A stretch of 64,000 nucleotides of DNA from Obrimoposthia wandeli. Its lineage: Eukaryota. The stretch covers positions 310,001 through 374,000 of the forward strand of contig CDROCS010000852.1 in the NCBI GenBank assembly GCA_977020255.1. The letters are read 5' to 3'. Below are positions 32,321-44,700 of the stretch, piece after piece. Numbering within the stretch: the first letter of the stretch is position 1; each line of letters opens with the position of its first letter. Below the pieces are notes generated by a model. It was not told the DNA's origin. It saw only the letters and a list, made by a program, of their open reading frames with translations, and ran no database searches. The position numbers and the translations under genes are program-made.

Positions 32321-33740
32321 TATCTCTTCACCTTTCACGTTCCATTGTTAACATAAGTAGGTAGATGTGTACAGTTCCCGCCGTCCCCCCTAGCGAAAAC
32401 CGAAAAAAAATCCGCAAATTTCAAAAACATACTATAATACTTCTTTTTTCTAAGGTCAATGTGGAAAGTAGGTCAAATTTTGTTATAGTACACATGATTT
32501 TTGAGGGTTAAATTCATATTTATGTCACTTTATACTATAATACGTCTGTTATTAGGTGATTTTGGTCTAAATTTACATGTTTTTGTTTAAACACATCAAT
32601 TTGTATGCGTGCAAATTTAAAAACATACTATAACACGTATATTTTTCAAGATAATTATTAATGAAGGTCACATTTTGTTATAGTACGCATGATTTTGAGG
32701 GTTAAATTCATATTTATATCACTTTAGACTATAATATGTCTGTTTTTTAGGTGATTTTACTCTGAATGTATATGTTTTTTCTTAAACACATCAATTTGTA
32801 TGCGTGCAAATTTAAAAACATACGATAACACGTATATTTTTTCAAGATAATTATTAATGAAGGTCACATTTTGTTATAGTACACATGATTTTGAGGCTTA
32901 AATTCATAAGTAGATCATTATGTGTTGTATTACGTCTGTTTTACTCTAAATGTATATGTTTTTGTTTAAACACATCAATTTTTAACCACGCAAATTTAAA
33001 AACATGCTATAATACGACTATTTTGAAGATCATTATCAGATGTGTGTCTTTTAAATCACATCACCCTATCCCTCCATATTTCACACAAAGTGAGATGTAT
33101 TCTTATGTTAGAAACATTTTATTAATATCAAAAAGACAAATCAAAATATGTAATAATATAGACATAAATCAACAGATGAAGAATATAATAAAAATATGAT
33201 ACAAATACGACAAAAATATACAATAAATAATCATTCATTCATAATATACTCATCCGGATGAAGATAATGACCATATGCGACTGACCGATTCTTTTCAACC
33301 CATTTTCGCTTATCATCCGCACTACACAATGCTATTTTAGATAAATGCATAGTATATAGCTGATGATTAACGGACGTTATACGACTTTGTTGAACACGCT
33401 TACTTATACCTGTCTCATAAACAGCTAAGTAATTCTCGTGTTTTAAATTACTCTGTTTAAGATTAATTCTCTTTGCTCTCATATGTGATTCATCATTGAT
33501 AGTTTTTAGGCCATAACATTTTGGACGAAGAAATATACATTCCGTATAAGTACAAATATCCTTACTTTCATCCTTAAACTTTGCCCAGGCGTAAGTGTTT
33601 GCATAACTTCCGCTGCATGTCTCTTATACCAAGGCAAAACAACTGTCTTTACCAGCATTTCCAGCTTGGGAAGAAAATCAACAACACAGGTTTCACCAGT
33701 GAAAAGCGAGTAATCTTGAGTGTATCCTGTTGCAGCAATT

Positions 33741-34083
33741 ATATTACTAAAAATAGAAGGACAAATAACATGTTTAAAGGTTTTAACCCTTAAAGGTCAG
33801 ACCCTGGGGATTAACCTTCAAAGAACCATCTGCAAAGTTCAATGGGCGATCTTATAGTTAAGACCACATGTCAATACGATCTTTAGATTTAAAGATATTC
33901 AAGTTTGAAAATATATTACTAAAAATAGAAGAAAAAATAACATGTTTGAAGGTTTTAACCCTTAAAGGTCAGACCCTTAAAGACTCTGAGGATTAACCTT
34001 CAAAGAACCATCTGCAAAGTTCAATGGGCTATCCTATCGTTAAGTCTGCATGTCAATACGACCTTTAGATAAAAAGTTATTCA
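33741..34083. repeat. Two diverged ~172-bp direct repeats at the centre of the fold-back
   Basis: ATATTACTAAAAATAGAAG...AAAGAACCATCTGCAAAGTTCAATGGG...TGTCAATACGA starts at 33741 and again at 33913. Confidence 0.85.
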
Positions 34084-36841
34084 GGATATTTTTAAGAATC
34101 CTTTTATTGATATATTATATCGAACCACCAATCCTGGCGGCAATCCTGTTAATCTGATTCTGTTAGAAGAAGGAGAGAAATATCACTACGTTGCAGTTCC
34201 AAATCTTAATAGGCTTCTAAACTATTATAACAAAGAAGAAGGTTCTACACGAATTCGATGTATATGGTGTCATAAATGTCTTCATGGATTTAGACGGGCA
34301 ATAAGTTTTGAGAAGCATAAACCTCTTTGTATGATGAATATGGAACATAATACACTATACCAGATGCCGGAGGACAAATATATTCAATTCACAGATTTTT
34401 CAAAATCGATTTCTCCACCATTTGTTGTTTACGGGGATTTTGAATCAGTTCTCCCACCCCATGGTATTCATCATCAAATTCATCTCCCGATTGCAGCCGG
34501 TATGTTAATGTCTCCAATTGCTGCAACAGGATTACTCATGATTACTCCTTTTCAATGGTGAATATTGTGTTGTTGATTTTCTTTCCAAGCTGGAAATGCT
34601 AGTAAAGACAGTTGTTTTGCCTTGGTATAAGATACATGCTGCGGAAGTTATGCAAACACTTACATCTGGGCAAATAGCTAGTTTTAAATCGGCTACTAGT
34701 TGTTACCTCTGTAATAAGACATGCATTAAAAAGGTACGAGACCATGATCATATGATGGGTAAGTACCTTGGAGCTGCTCACAGTAAGTGCAATTTATCTA
34801 GACGAGTAAATCGTACTCTCCCAGTGGTGTTTCATAACCTGAGAGGGTATGATCTCCATCAGATTCTCAAACATGCGCTGAGCAACTTTTCTGACTGGAA
34901 TGTCTCTGTTATACCTCAATCAACAGAGAAATTCCAAGCAATGATAGTGCGTATTGGAGGAGTTTGTATTCGATTCATCGATTCATTGTAGTTTTTGAAT
35001 AGTAGTCTTGAAAAACTCATAGAAAACTTAGTTTCCATTCCATTGACACATTCTGTTTTTCAACCTCATCTTGTGAATGGTAAAGGGATATTTCCATATG
35101 ATATGGCGGTATCAGAGAGTGCTCTCCGATCAATAACAAGCCTTCCACCAAAATGGGATGAGAAGATCAAAAGTGAACAATATGAGTTGGTGGAGAAAGT
35201 CTGGCACGAGAGTGGGTGTGAATCTCTTTGGGACTATATGTTGGTATATCTCAAAATGGATGTATATCTACTTGCGGATGTGTTTACAACATTTCGAGAG
35301 AAGGCTATCGCCGATTATGGATTGGAACCACTCAATTTCTTCTCTATCCCAGGTTAGATATTATTATTATTATTTTTCATTATTTAATTTTACATAGGTT
35401 TAACATTTGCAAGCGCTTTCAAGTCATTACTGGGTACTGAGTCAAGCGCAGAAAAACCGAGGGTTCCAGGCGGATCTACTGTGGAATTGATTCAAGATCC
35501 TGAGATGCATCGACTGTTTGAAGAAGGTATTCGTGGAGGAATGACCTTTGTGAACGAACATAAGATTACTAACTCTGATGATGATACTATTTTGTATATT
35601 GATGTTAACAATCTTTTTGGATGGGCTATGTCCCAATTTTTACCGGTTGGAGATTTTATCTGGGTAACTGACCGATTGCAATTAGAAGTAATAATTCATG
35701 AGCTCTCATATAAGGATCTAAGCTGTAGTGATTATGCTAATTTAATGGAAGTAGATATAAGTATTCCGAATGAATTGCATGATAAACTTGACGATCTTCC
35801 CTTAGCTCCACGTAAGGATTGCCCGCCTGGAAGTCGTACTTCTAAATTACTTTTAACTCATTATCCAAAGAAGCATTACACTGTCCATTCTCGTTTGCTT
35901 CAAATGTATCTGAGGCTTGGGGCTAAAATAGATTTCTTGCATAGAGCAATTCGGTTTGCACAAACCAATGTTTTTGCAAAGTATATAGAAGACAATTCAA
36001 CAAAAAGGGCTGCTGCTACTAATGATTTTGAACGAGATTATTATAAGCTGAAAGTTAATTCGCTATTCGGAAAATTGATTGAGAATTTGAAAAGCGAATT
36101 AATTTAAGGATTTGTAATACGTCTCAAAAACTTGTTACTTATTGTAGTAAGGCACAATTTCAACGCACTATAGAAATAGATTCTGATCTAATAACTGTTT
36201 TACTGAATAAAGATGATTTGTTTGGATATAGTTATATGGGCCAGGCAGTACTAGATCTTAGCAAATTGCGAATGTATGAGCTCCAGTACGTGCAACTTGA
36301 GAAATATCGTCAGAAATTTAGTTGTGATATTAGAATTGTTGCTGGGGATACTAACAGTTTCTTCTTGAAATGTAGAAATGTGGATGTAGAAGCACAATTG
36401 CTACCAGCAATGGTTTCTGATGGATTATTAGATACATCTAAGTATCCTAAAAATCACCCTCTTTATTCAACAGCTAACACTGCGATAGGAAAGTTTAAGG
36501 ATGAAAGTAAGGGTATTTGTATTTATACGGAATGTATATTTCTTCGTCCAAAATGTTATAGCCTAAAAACTATCAATGATGAATCACATATGAGAGCAAA
36601 GGGAATTAATCTTAAACAGAGTAATTTAAAACACGAGAATTACTTAGCTGTTTATGAGACAGGTATAAGTAAGCGTGTTCAACAAAGTCGTATAACGTCC
36701 GTTAATCATCAGCTATATACTATGCATTTATCTAAAATAGCATTGTGTAGTGCGGATGATAAGCGAAAATGGGTTGAAAAGAATCGGTCAGTCGCATATG
36801 GTCATTATCTTCATCCGGATGAGTATATTATGAATGAATGA
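34080..36841 (+). pseudogene. pPolB of Polinton C with a predicted 45-nt intron (35353-35397), a nonsense codon (34989-34991) and frameshifts
   Basis: VYGDFES, CYLC..DHDH, FHNLRGYD, YLKMDV, GIRGG, YIDVNNLFG, KVNSLFGK, AGDTNS, GKFKDE and DDKR. Splicing gives FSIPG|LTFASAFK, matching family A FSIPGLSWASALK. Confidence 0.92.
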
Positions 36842-37536
36842 TTATTTATTGTATATTTTTGTCGTATTTGTATCATATTTTTATTATATTCTTCATCTGT
36901 TGGTTTATGTCTATATTATTACATATTTTGATTTGTCTTTTTGATATTAATAAAATGTTTCTAACATAAGAATACATCTCACTTTGTGTGAAATATGGAG
37001 GGATAGGGTGATGTGATTCAAAAGACACACATCTGATAATTATCTTGAAAAATATACGTGTTATAGTATGTTTTTAAATTTGCACGCATACAAATTGATG
37101 TGTTTAAGCAAAAAGATATACATTCAGAGTAAAATCACCTAAAAAACAGACATATTATAGTCTAAAGTGATATAAATATGAATTTAACCCTCAAAATCAT
37201 GTGTACTATAACAAAATGTGACCTTCATTAATAATTATCTTGAAAAATATACGTGTTATCGTATGTTTTTAAATTTGCACGCATACAAATTGATGTGTTT
37301 AAACAAAAACATGTAAATTTAGACCAAAATCACCTAATAACAGACGTATTATAGTATAAAGTGACATAAATATGAATTTAACCCTCAAAAATCATGTGTA
37401 CTATAACAAAATTTGACCTACTTTTCACATTGACCTTAGAAAAAAGAAGTATTATAGTATGTTTTTGAAATTTGCGTTTGTTTTTTTTTCGGTTTTCGCT
37501 AGGGGGGGTGGCCGGAACTGTACACATCTATCTACT

Positions 37537-40460
37537 TATGTTAACAATGGAACGTGAAAGGTGAAGAGATATAGGTGAAGGAATGTATGAACTCCCTGAA
37601 AGATATATCATGTCAGTGAACTTTTCATAACAAAGCTAACATCGTGAATTCTAACTAGAGTCCACCCACTACTTAATACTATAATTAGCAATTTTTTCAT
37701 CTTAATTTCTTCAAATTTCAGGTACAAAATTATCATTGAAAGCAGTTGGCTTATGTGAAATTACCCAGGTTTTAGACTCCTCATTGACATTTTTAAACTG
37801 TACTGTTGCGCAAAATTGAACCTTAGACTAACCTAATTTAGTCACTTCAGATTTTAAAAGACTTTCAATATTTGAATCTACACCAACGTTTAATAAACCT
37901 TTCTCTTAATGGCACCTTAACTATAGCGTATTTTTTATTTAGGTTTTCCCTAACTTTCTTTAGTGGGACTTAATAAGGAATTTGGCTTCGCCTCTTTCTT
38001 CTTACAGTCGCTGACAAACCTCCCCCTAATTGAATGGGAAGATAACTATTTATATTAAAAAATCCATTTGTTGATGGTGCTGCTGAAATTGATGCAATCG
38101 CGGCTCATGTAGAAGGTGCTTCTGAGGCAACTAATGGTGATGCCGCAGATGACGAGACTATAGCGCTTGTAGAGGCTGACTCCACTCGGTATCCTGTAGC
38201 TGATGTCGTTGAAGATGAAGCTGACATTAGTGAGAGTGTTAGGATTAGGTTTTGAGTAATTTTAAATAATTAATTGATTTTATATTAAAATAAAAATCCT
38301 TGGAAGCAAGGTTATATTTAAAATAAAATTCATATTAAAATTAAATTGTTAAAATTAAGAAGGGAATTAAAATATTTAGGACCACGAAGGTCATGTATAG
38401 TGTGTGAGTATTTAAGGGATTTTAATCTTTACCAAAAGGCCCGAAAAAAGAAGAAGTTATTTACGAAAAATAGAAATCAAATTAGGAAAGAAGATTAATT
38501 AAGAAATAAATCAAGGTAAGAAACATTAGCACTTAGCTAAATTAATTTTCTTCCTTACAGATAGCAGCGGAATTAATCCATTAGCCGTAAGTGGGAGCCA
38601 AGCAGCCATTAGACTGGGAACCGGACAGCCGACAATTACCCAGCCCAAAGTAGGTGCACTTAGTTAAAGTGCTAGTAAATTTACTTAGTTCCATTAAGGA
38701 AAGTCGCGGGGAAGATTACTCACTCGCCTGATATAAAAGAGAGAACATTAAATTGAAAAACGCACAAATCGGCTGGCTCAAAAAAGAAATTAAAGGAGAC
38801 CTTAAATTCAGAATTCATAAATTGTAAGACTCGTGATAAAATCCGAGCATTAACAAAAACCAATTCAGAAGTGCAGCAGCAGTATCAAAATTAAGTGATA
38901 AATTGGAAACTTGAGATACAAAATCGTCTGACTGAAAATTCGGAAAAAGAATATCTTGACAATCGAGAACAGACGAGGAAACAGATTCGACAAAAGTAAG
39001 TGAAGCGCGCAGCCGGAAAGGAACGCTCTAAAAACAGACGTGCAGGATCACAGACGCCAATTCAAACTGCCACCTAAAACGAAGCTAGGTCGGGGAGCGC
39101 AATTCGAGATACAGACGAAACCAAGGAAGGAACCCGCTGACCGAGCCTAGGTGATCGATCTCGGAGCGAGCCGTACGGAACCAAGGAAGGACATGAGGAC
39201 GAGCAGACCGATTCGGATAAGAGGTAGAAACGTGAACATAAATTGAAATTTTGTGAATTATAATCTGAATATTTTGATAAAGACTAAAGTGAACAGAAAC
39301 TGAAATTTTGTGAATTATAACCTGAATATTTTGATAAAGACTATAGAGAACGGAAACCGAAATTTATACCGTGAATAAACTCATTTCCTATTTTAGAGCA
39401 ACCTGCTCTCTAAAATCAATTCATATTTTAAAGCAACCAGCTTTCTAAAGTCAACCCCTATTTTTAGAGTAAAGACTCTAGTAACTAAACAACCCTAAAA
39501 TAAAATCGATACGTGGATCATCCCTACTTGTTAGAGAATTGTGCAACATAACTAGAATTGTGTAGTTGTTTTTAGAACGTATTTAACGTAAAGTTGTGTG
39601 TTTAGAAATAAAGATTTCCTACAGTAAACCGTGTTGTACCAAACCGAACCCTTACCAGCGAGTAGTTGTTAACTACTCTACAGACAACACCACACTAAGG
39701 GAACTTTGTAGTAACCACATACACAGCTCTTCACACATTTCACCACACCTAACCTTAGTAAACCTTCAGATACAAATTGAGATAGGCAAGCATAACACAA
39801 GTAGGCCACAAACATCTACAAGTCCTGCTTCTATAGAACTCACGTTGGGGCCCTCCGTCTGAGGATCTATATTAAAAACAGTTTCATATAGAAACCCCAA
39901 CAAGAGGATGATCGGGTAGCGGCTGTTGTGGAGGCCGAAGATGCATCTGCTAAAAGAAATATATTAAAAAAATAATTTATTTTAAAATTTTTACTTCTAA
40001 GGCGTGCAAACATCGATGTAGGAGGCATGGCTACCACAGTCGACGACGGTAACGCCTGTCTCAAGGAAATTCCTGATTAAAATAAAAAATATTAAATAAA
40101 TCCTATGTCATATTAATTAACAATTTAAAAAATGATAAGAAAAAAAACCTAATGAAGGCAATGAAACTGTAGCTTGTGGGAAGTCCTCTTCATTGACAGC
40201 ATCCATCCAGCTGTCGTCTGTTAACTCGACAAAATCAGATTACTCGATATCGTCCAGCCAGCTGTTGTCGCTCCACTGAGGCTGCTCCATCTAAAAATCT
40301 GACTGGGATATATTTCTACCCAGTCATTGTTCGAGAGTTGGGTTGCTGGCGCCAAGTCCTCAAAATCTTCTTGGGATATATTTTTATTATTAAGAAGTAA
40401 ATGAAGCATATAGACCAGCAGAAGTTGAATACCATTAGCAGGTAGAACCGTTAATTGTAA
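37537..40460 (-). pseudogene. N-terminal region of a Polinton pPolB, interrupted by a solo LTR
   Basis: Minus strand reads RRKRRSQI...KVQFCATVQFKNVNEESKTWVISHK...SGWTLVRIH...SGSSYIPSPISLHLSRSIVNI, aligning with family A SRKRK...KIQYIIRMRFEKNDGETKEWYASHR...GSGWKL...IKSPNSLTKSKAVINI. The upstream S/A/T-rich part and the 40460 limit are approximate. Confidence 0.75.
38237..39902 (+). mobile_element. Solo-LTR-like element (1666 bp) with 4-bp TSD AGAG
   Basis: TGTTAGG...CCCCAACA termini; AGAG at 38233-38236 and 39903-39906. Removing it rejoins the S/A/T-rich coding-like sequence. Confidence 0.8.
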
Positions 40461-41714
40461 CTGTACTTATTTTATTTAACTGCACTTATTTTCCGTTAAA
40501 TAATGTATTTCAGTTAAATAATGAAAACGTTTTAACCAAAATTAGATTGAAAGTGGGATAAAAAGCTATTAATACATAACGTATAAAAGAAAGATTTATA
40601 TAAGTTATTAAATAGTTCATTTTACGGATTGAGCCATACAATAATACAATTTTGCCGTTAAATTTGGCTTCTTATGCGTAAAACATCAGTAAACTCCCCA
40701 ATCATTTTCAATCAAATTGATGTCTGAAAAACGTTTGGGCCACTCAAATACACTAATATTAATTTCTTCAAACCACATTTGAGATTTTCTATACTTGTAT
40801 GGAATTGCATTATATTGCTAAAAACCAATAATAATTTTAGCTTTTGAAATTATTAATAATTTTTATACCAATACTCTTCAATGAAAATAAAAATGTTTAA
40901 TTTTAAATGACTATGATTTCGATAACCTGTTTTCGACAAACAATACATATTTCATGTTGTGAAATAAAATTTAATGCTTGTAATACTAAAATAATTCAGT
41001 CAATATACGATAGATATATAGATTATACTTTGAATTTATATATTTGAAATTCTATACCAACTGTTTTTTTAATGTAGATTTGGCATGCTTATTCCTAAAA
41101 TGTATGATTCGTTCAAATACAATTTTATATTACAATTACATACGACAAACAGAAAAGTAATGTAAAAATTTAATGAAAAAGGTGAAGTAATTTACTTATA
41201 AATCATGAAATAAGTCAATGACAGATTAAAAGAGAAATGTATTATTGATAGATACCGAGTAGCACTACAGATATTGCCATCATTGATGTTTGACGGAACA
41301 GCTGAAAGTGACAGCTTATGACAAACACACAAATGACAGAGATAAGATGACCGTGTCTGTCAAAATAGCTAGCTGTCAAGAAGTGTCAAGAAAAAATCCC
41401 AAGTCACAGACAGCGGTACTGACCAAAATAAATTAAATGTTCAAGTATCGTTGCTCTATTATTACTTTCTGTTTCCATCATCGTTTTTCTCTCTACATTA
41501 TATATCTACAAAATGACACACATATGACGATGAATGAAATTAAACCCCCGAACATTTGATGATTAAATGATAGACGGTTGTGTCTGAGTTTACACAAAAT
41601 AACAACAAAAACAAAATGGAAAGGAGAAAAAGTAAAATAGCGAATTTAAGAAGAGAAAACATTACAGTAGATTGCAGTTACGTCGTTTATGCTCCATCGA
41701 AGTACTGCTGCCTC

Positions 41715-44700
41715 CTACCGTATTGAATGTCGACAGCGATACACAAACTTCTTTCGGCGGCAGACTTTGCAGCGTACTTCACAGCACCTGAAACAAAAAT
41801 GGCGATAATGATTGAAATACGAAATTACGGCAAATCAGTGTGTGTGTTGTAATTAATTCTACCTCTATCACAGAATTCCCCTCTGATTACTGTTCGTGAC
41901 TACAAATCAGGCACTACCATCATCGTCGTCATCGTCTTATTCCAGTTCAGTTGACTCGTTCGAGTTTTGCAACACTGATTTTCCGACTCAAAAACATGGC
42001 AATTAATGAGTCATTTCAAAGCAACACAATTTAGAGACATACTATGGCTTGTATTAAACAGAAAAGAAAGAAAGATTCCGACCGAGGAATGCCCCGAATT
42101 CTGAGTGCATCAAGATATAATTGAATAATGCAATGAGCTGATAATTCATCAATTTCATAAATAAAATAATTTTTAAGCTAAAGTTAAATTTAATTACAAA
42201 TTGTAATTTACAATATAATATTATTTAATAATTATTATCCCACAGATTACATATCTAATTCTTAATCAATATCAGACACATTTAAAAAATTTCTAAAAAT
42301 ATTAATTTAATTGATTTTTTGTATAACAAATAAATAAATCATAAGATAAAATGTTTATTTTCTCCTTAATGTTTTTAATATAAAAGAAAGCTTATATGAG
42401 CATGTCGTAAATGTAACTTATTTCAAATTTTTTAAAGAATTAGTATTTCAGAATTTAACAGGGTTTCATATAATACATTTTTTTATTTTTTATTTTTAAT
42501 TACATTTATAAAGTCGATGTATTTAATGATTACTTATAATTAAAATATTTTAAACTTTTGTTACTTGAATAATTTTAACAAAAAACAAATAATTTATATT
42601 TAATTATAAGCTTGTTAAAAATTGATGTGTTAAATTCATTAAAAACTTATCATTTTTAATTTTGTTTGTTAAATATCTAGACTGATTAAGAATAAGTAAT
42701 AAATTTAATTATCTGTAAAATATTATATAAATCATTGTTCATTATTCAATTTTCAAAAACATTTCTTTATTAATTTTGTTGGAGTTTCTATTTGAAACTC
42801 TTCAATTAGATCCTCGTATGAAGGACCCCAACGTGAGTTCTGTAGCGATAGAGCTTACAGATGGATGTGGTCTACCTGTTCGTTTTTTTAATTATAGTCT
42901 CAATCTGAAGGGTTTTGTGTCTTATTGTTTTGTGGTGTGTTCAAGGAGTTGTGTTCACAGAATAGCTTGTATGGCCCCAAAGCTAGTGTGATGTGAAGAA
43001 ACGCAGGGTGGATAGTTTATCAGTTTTTTCAGCTTTTATGTCGGAAGGGTCTGGCAACACCAAGACCGAATATTGATGAAACAGAGCCGGGACCAATCGA
43101 CGTAGACAATACCCATCTGAATCTGTCAGCACGTTGAATATTGTCTCGTGGGTTGTCCCTCGGCTAATCTATATATTAGGGGGCACACGAATTTCACAAG
43201 GAATTTAACTCGGGATGAATCTTCTATCGATTTCGCTTAAACAACTATATTTAACTTAGCACACTTAAAACTTCCTAAAAGTATTAAAGAATACACAATT
43301 AAAGATTGACACTTTTCTATGCGTATACTTTTCTATGCCTCCTGCTATAATCACTCTTCAAACTATTCCTCGTGCCTTTCTACCCGTCTATCTAACTCTT
43401 TAATTTAATATGTTATTGCCGACTAATTCAATAACGTCTTTTAACTCGAAATGTACTTAAAATTCAACTCGTTTTACTCAAAAATTTAATTTAAAATTCA
43501 ATTCGTTTTTATTCAAAAAAATAATTTGTGTAAGTTGTGTATTTTGCTCCTTAGTTCAATTTAAATATCTGTAGTTCCGAATTTGCTAATTTGAATAACT
43601 ATAGCTCCGAATTTTTCTATGTGCTATTCTGATATGTTTCAGCATATTTACTCACATCTCACTTCTCGCGGCCTCTGAAGATGGGAGATTCCAGCTGTGT
43701 CTCAAAGTATTCCTGTCTGAGGGCTTCTTCGCGAACTAAGGGAGTCTGAGTGCTTCTTCGCAAACTAATGGAATTTGAGTGCTTCTAAATAATGGAGTCT
43801 GAATTCTTACTAATAGGTTCCCGTTCTTCTTACTTAACTAAATCTCTACTTCCTTTCCCAAATCCACTCATCCTCCCCCACTAGATTTATCTTCATCTGC
43901 TTCTTCTCACATTGTTTTACTCATTCCACACACATTTCCCTACGACCTCTTCAAGGTCCTAATTTATTTTAATTCGATATTTTATTTTAAAATCATTTTA
44001 TTTTTTATTTTCTATTTAAATTCCTTTTGACCTTTGATTTTAAGGTTAAATTTTTTTAATATAAATAATTATTTTATTTATCTTATTCAATTTTCTTTAA
44101 TGTAACAATTTTTACATATTGATTATATTAAAATTTTATTTATTCTTATTGGGTTTGTTTGATATTAAAAAAGTAAACTAGCAAAATTTTCTAACTTATT
44201 ACAAAATAAATTTATAAGTTAAAAAAATTAAAATATAAGATTTCTATTTTGTTTTATTAAAATATATATTTTATGTTTAAATATTTAAATATTATTATTA
44301 AATAATATATGTATATTTTAAAACATTCAAAAAAATTTAAATAATCTTATAAAATTAAATATATATTTTTTCTAATTATAATATATAAAGAATTAGACAA
44401 ATCAGACACCTGTATTTCTTAATCAACTCCTTTCCCTAATAAAATCCTTTGAATTAGTAATACACTTTTTAACGTAAATTCTGACTGATCTACTGCATTT
44501 ATTAGGTTGTTGCATAATTAATGACTGGTTTTAATAAAGATAAATATACAAATTAAAACAATCATTAATCAAAATAAGACCTTTAATCTATACATCTTTC
44601 CGACGTTTTGTAAGAGTTTCAAATTCAGTTTGTGAAAATTCTTAATTTCTAAAATACTTTCTATATTACCAAGTTTCTTTTTATCCAGAAATGACGACAA

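Larger units (their letters stand above)
32321..37571. mobile_element. Polinton family C fold-back structure: two inverted copies of the pPolB-proximal end
   Basis: 32321-33580 is a near-identical reverse complement of ~36490-37571. It includes the termini AGTAGGTAGATG (32356) and CATCTATCTACT (37536), repeat-rich TIR sequence, the pPolB C-terminus and the same 35-bp outer flank. Confidence 0.88.

Noticed and set aside
37661-37670. TCCACCCACT as the right-hand TIR partner of the family B terminus at 25462
   Set aside because: The match is only 10 bp, and on the minus strand it is the S-G-W codons (AGT GGG TGG A) of the pPolB GSGW motif.
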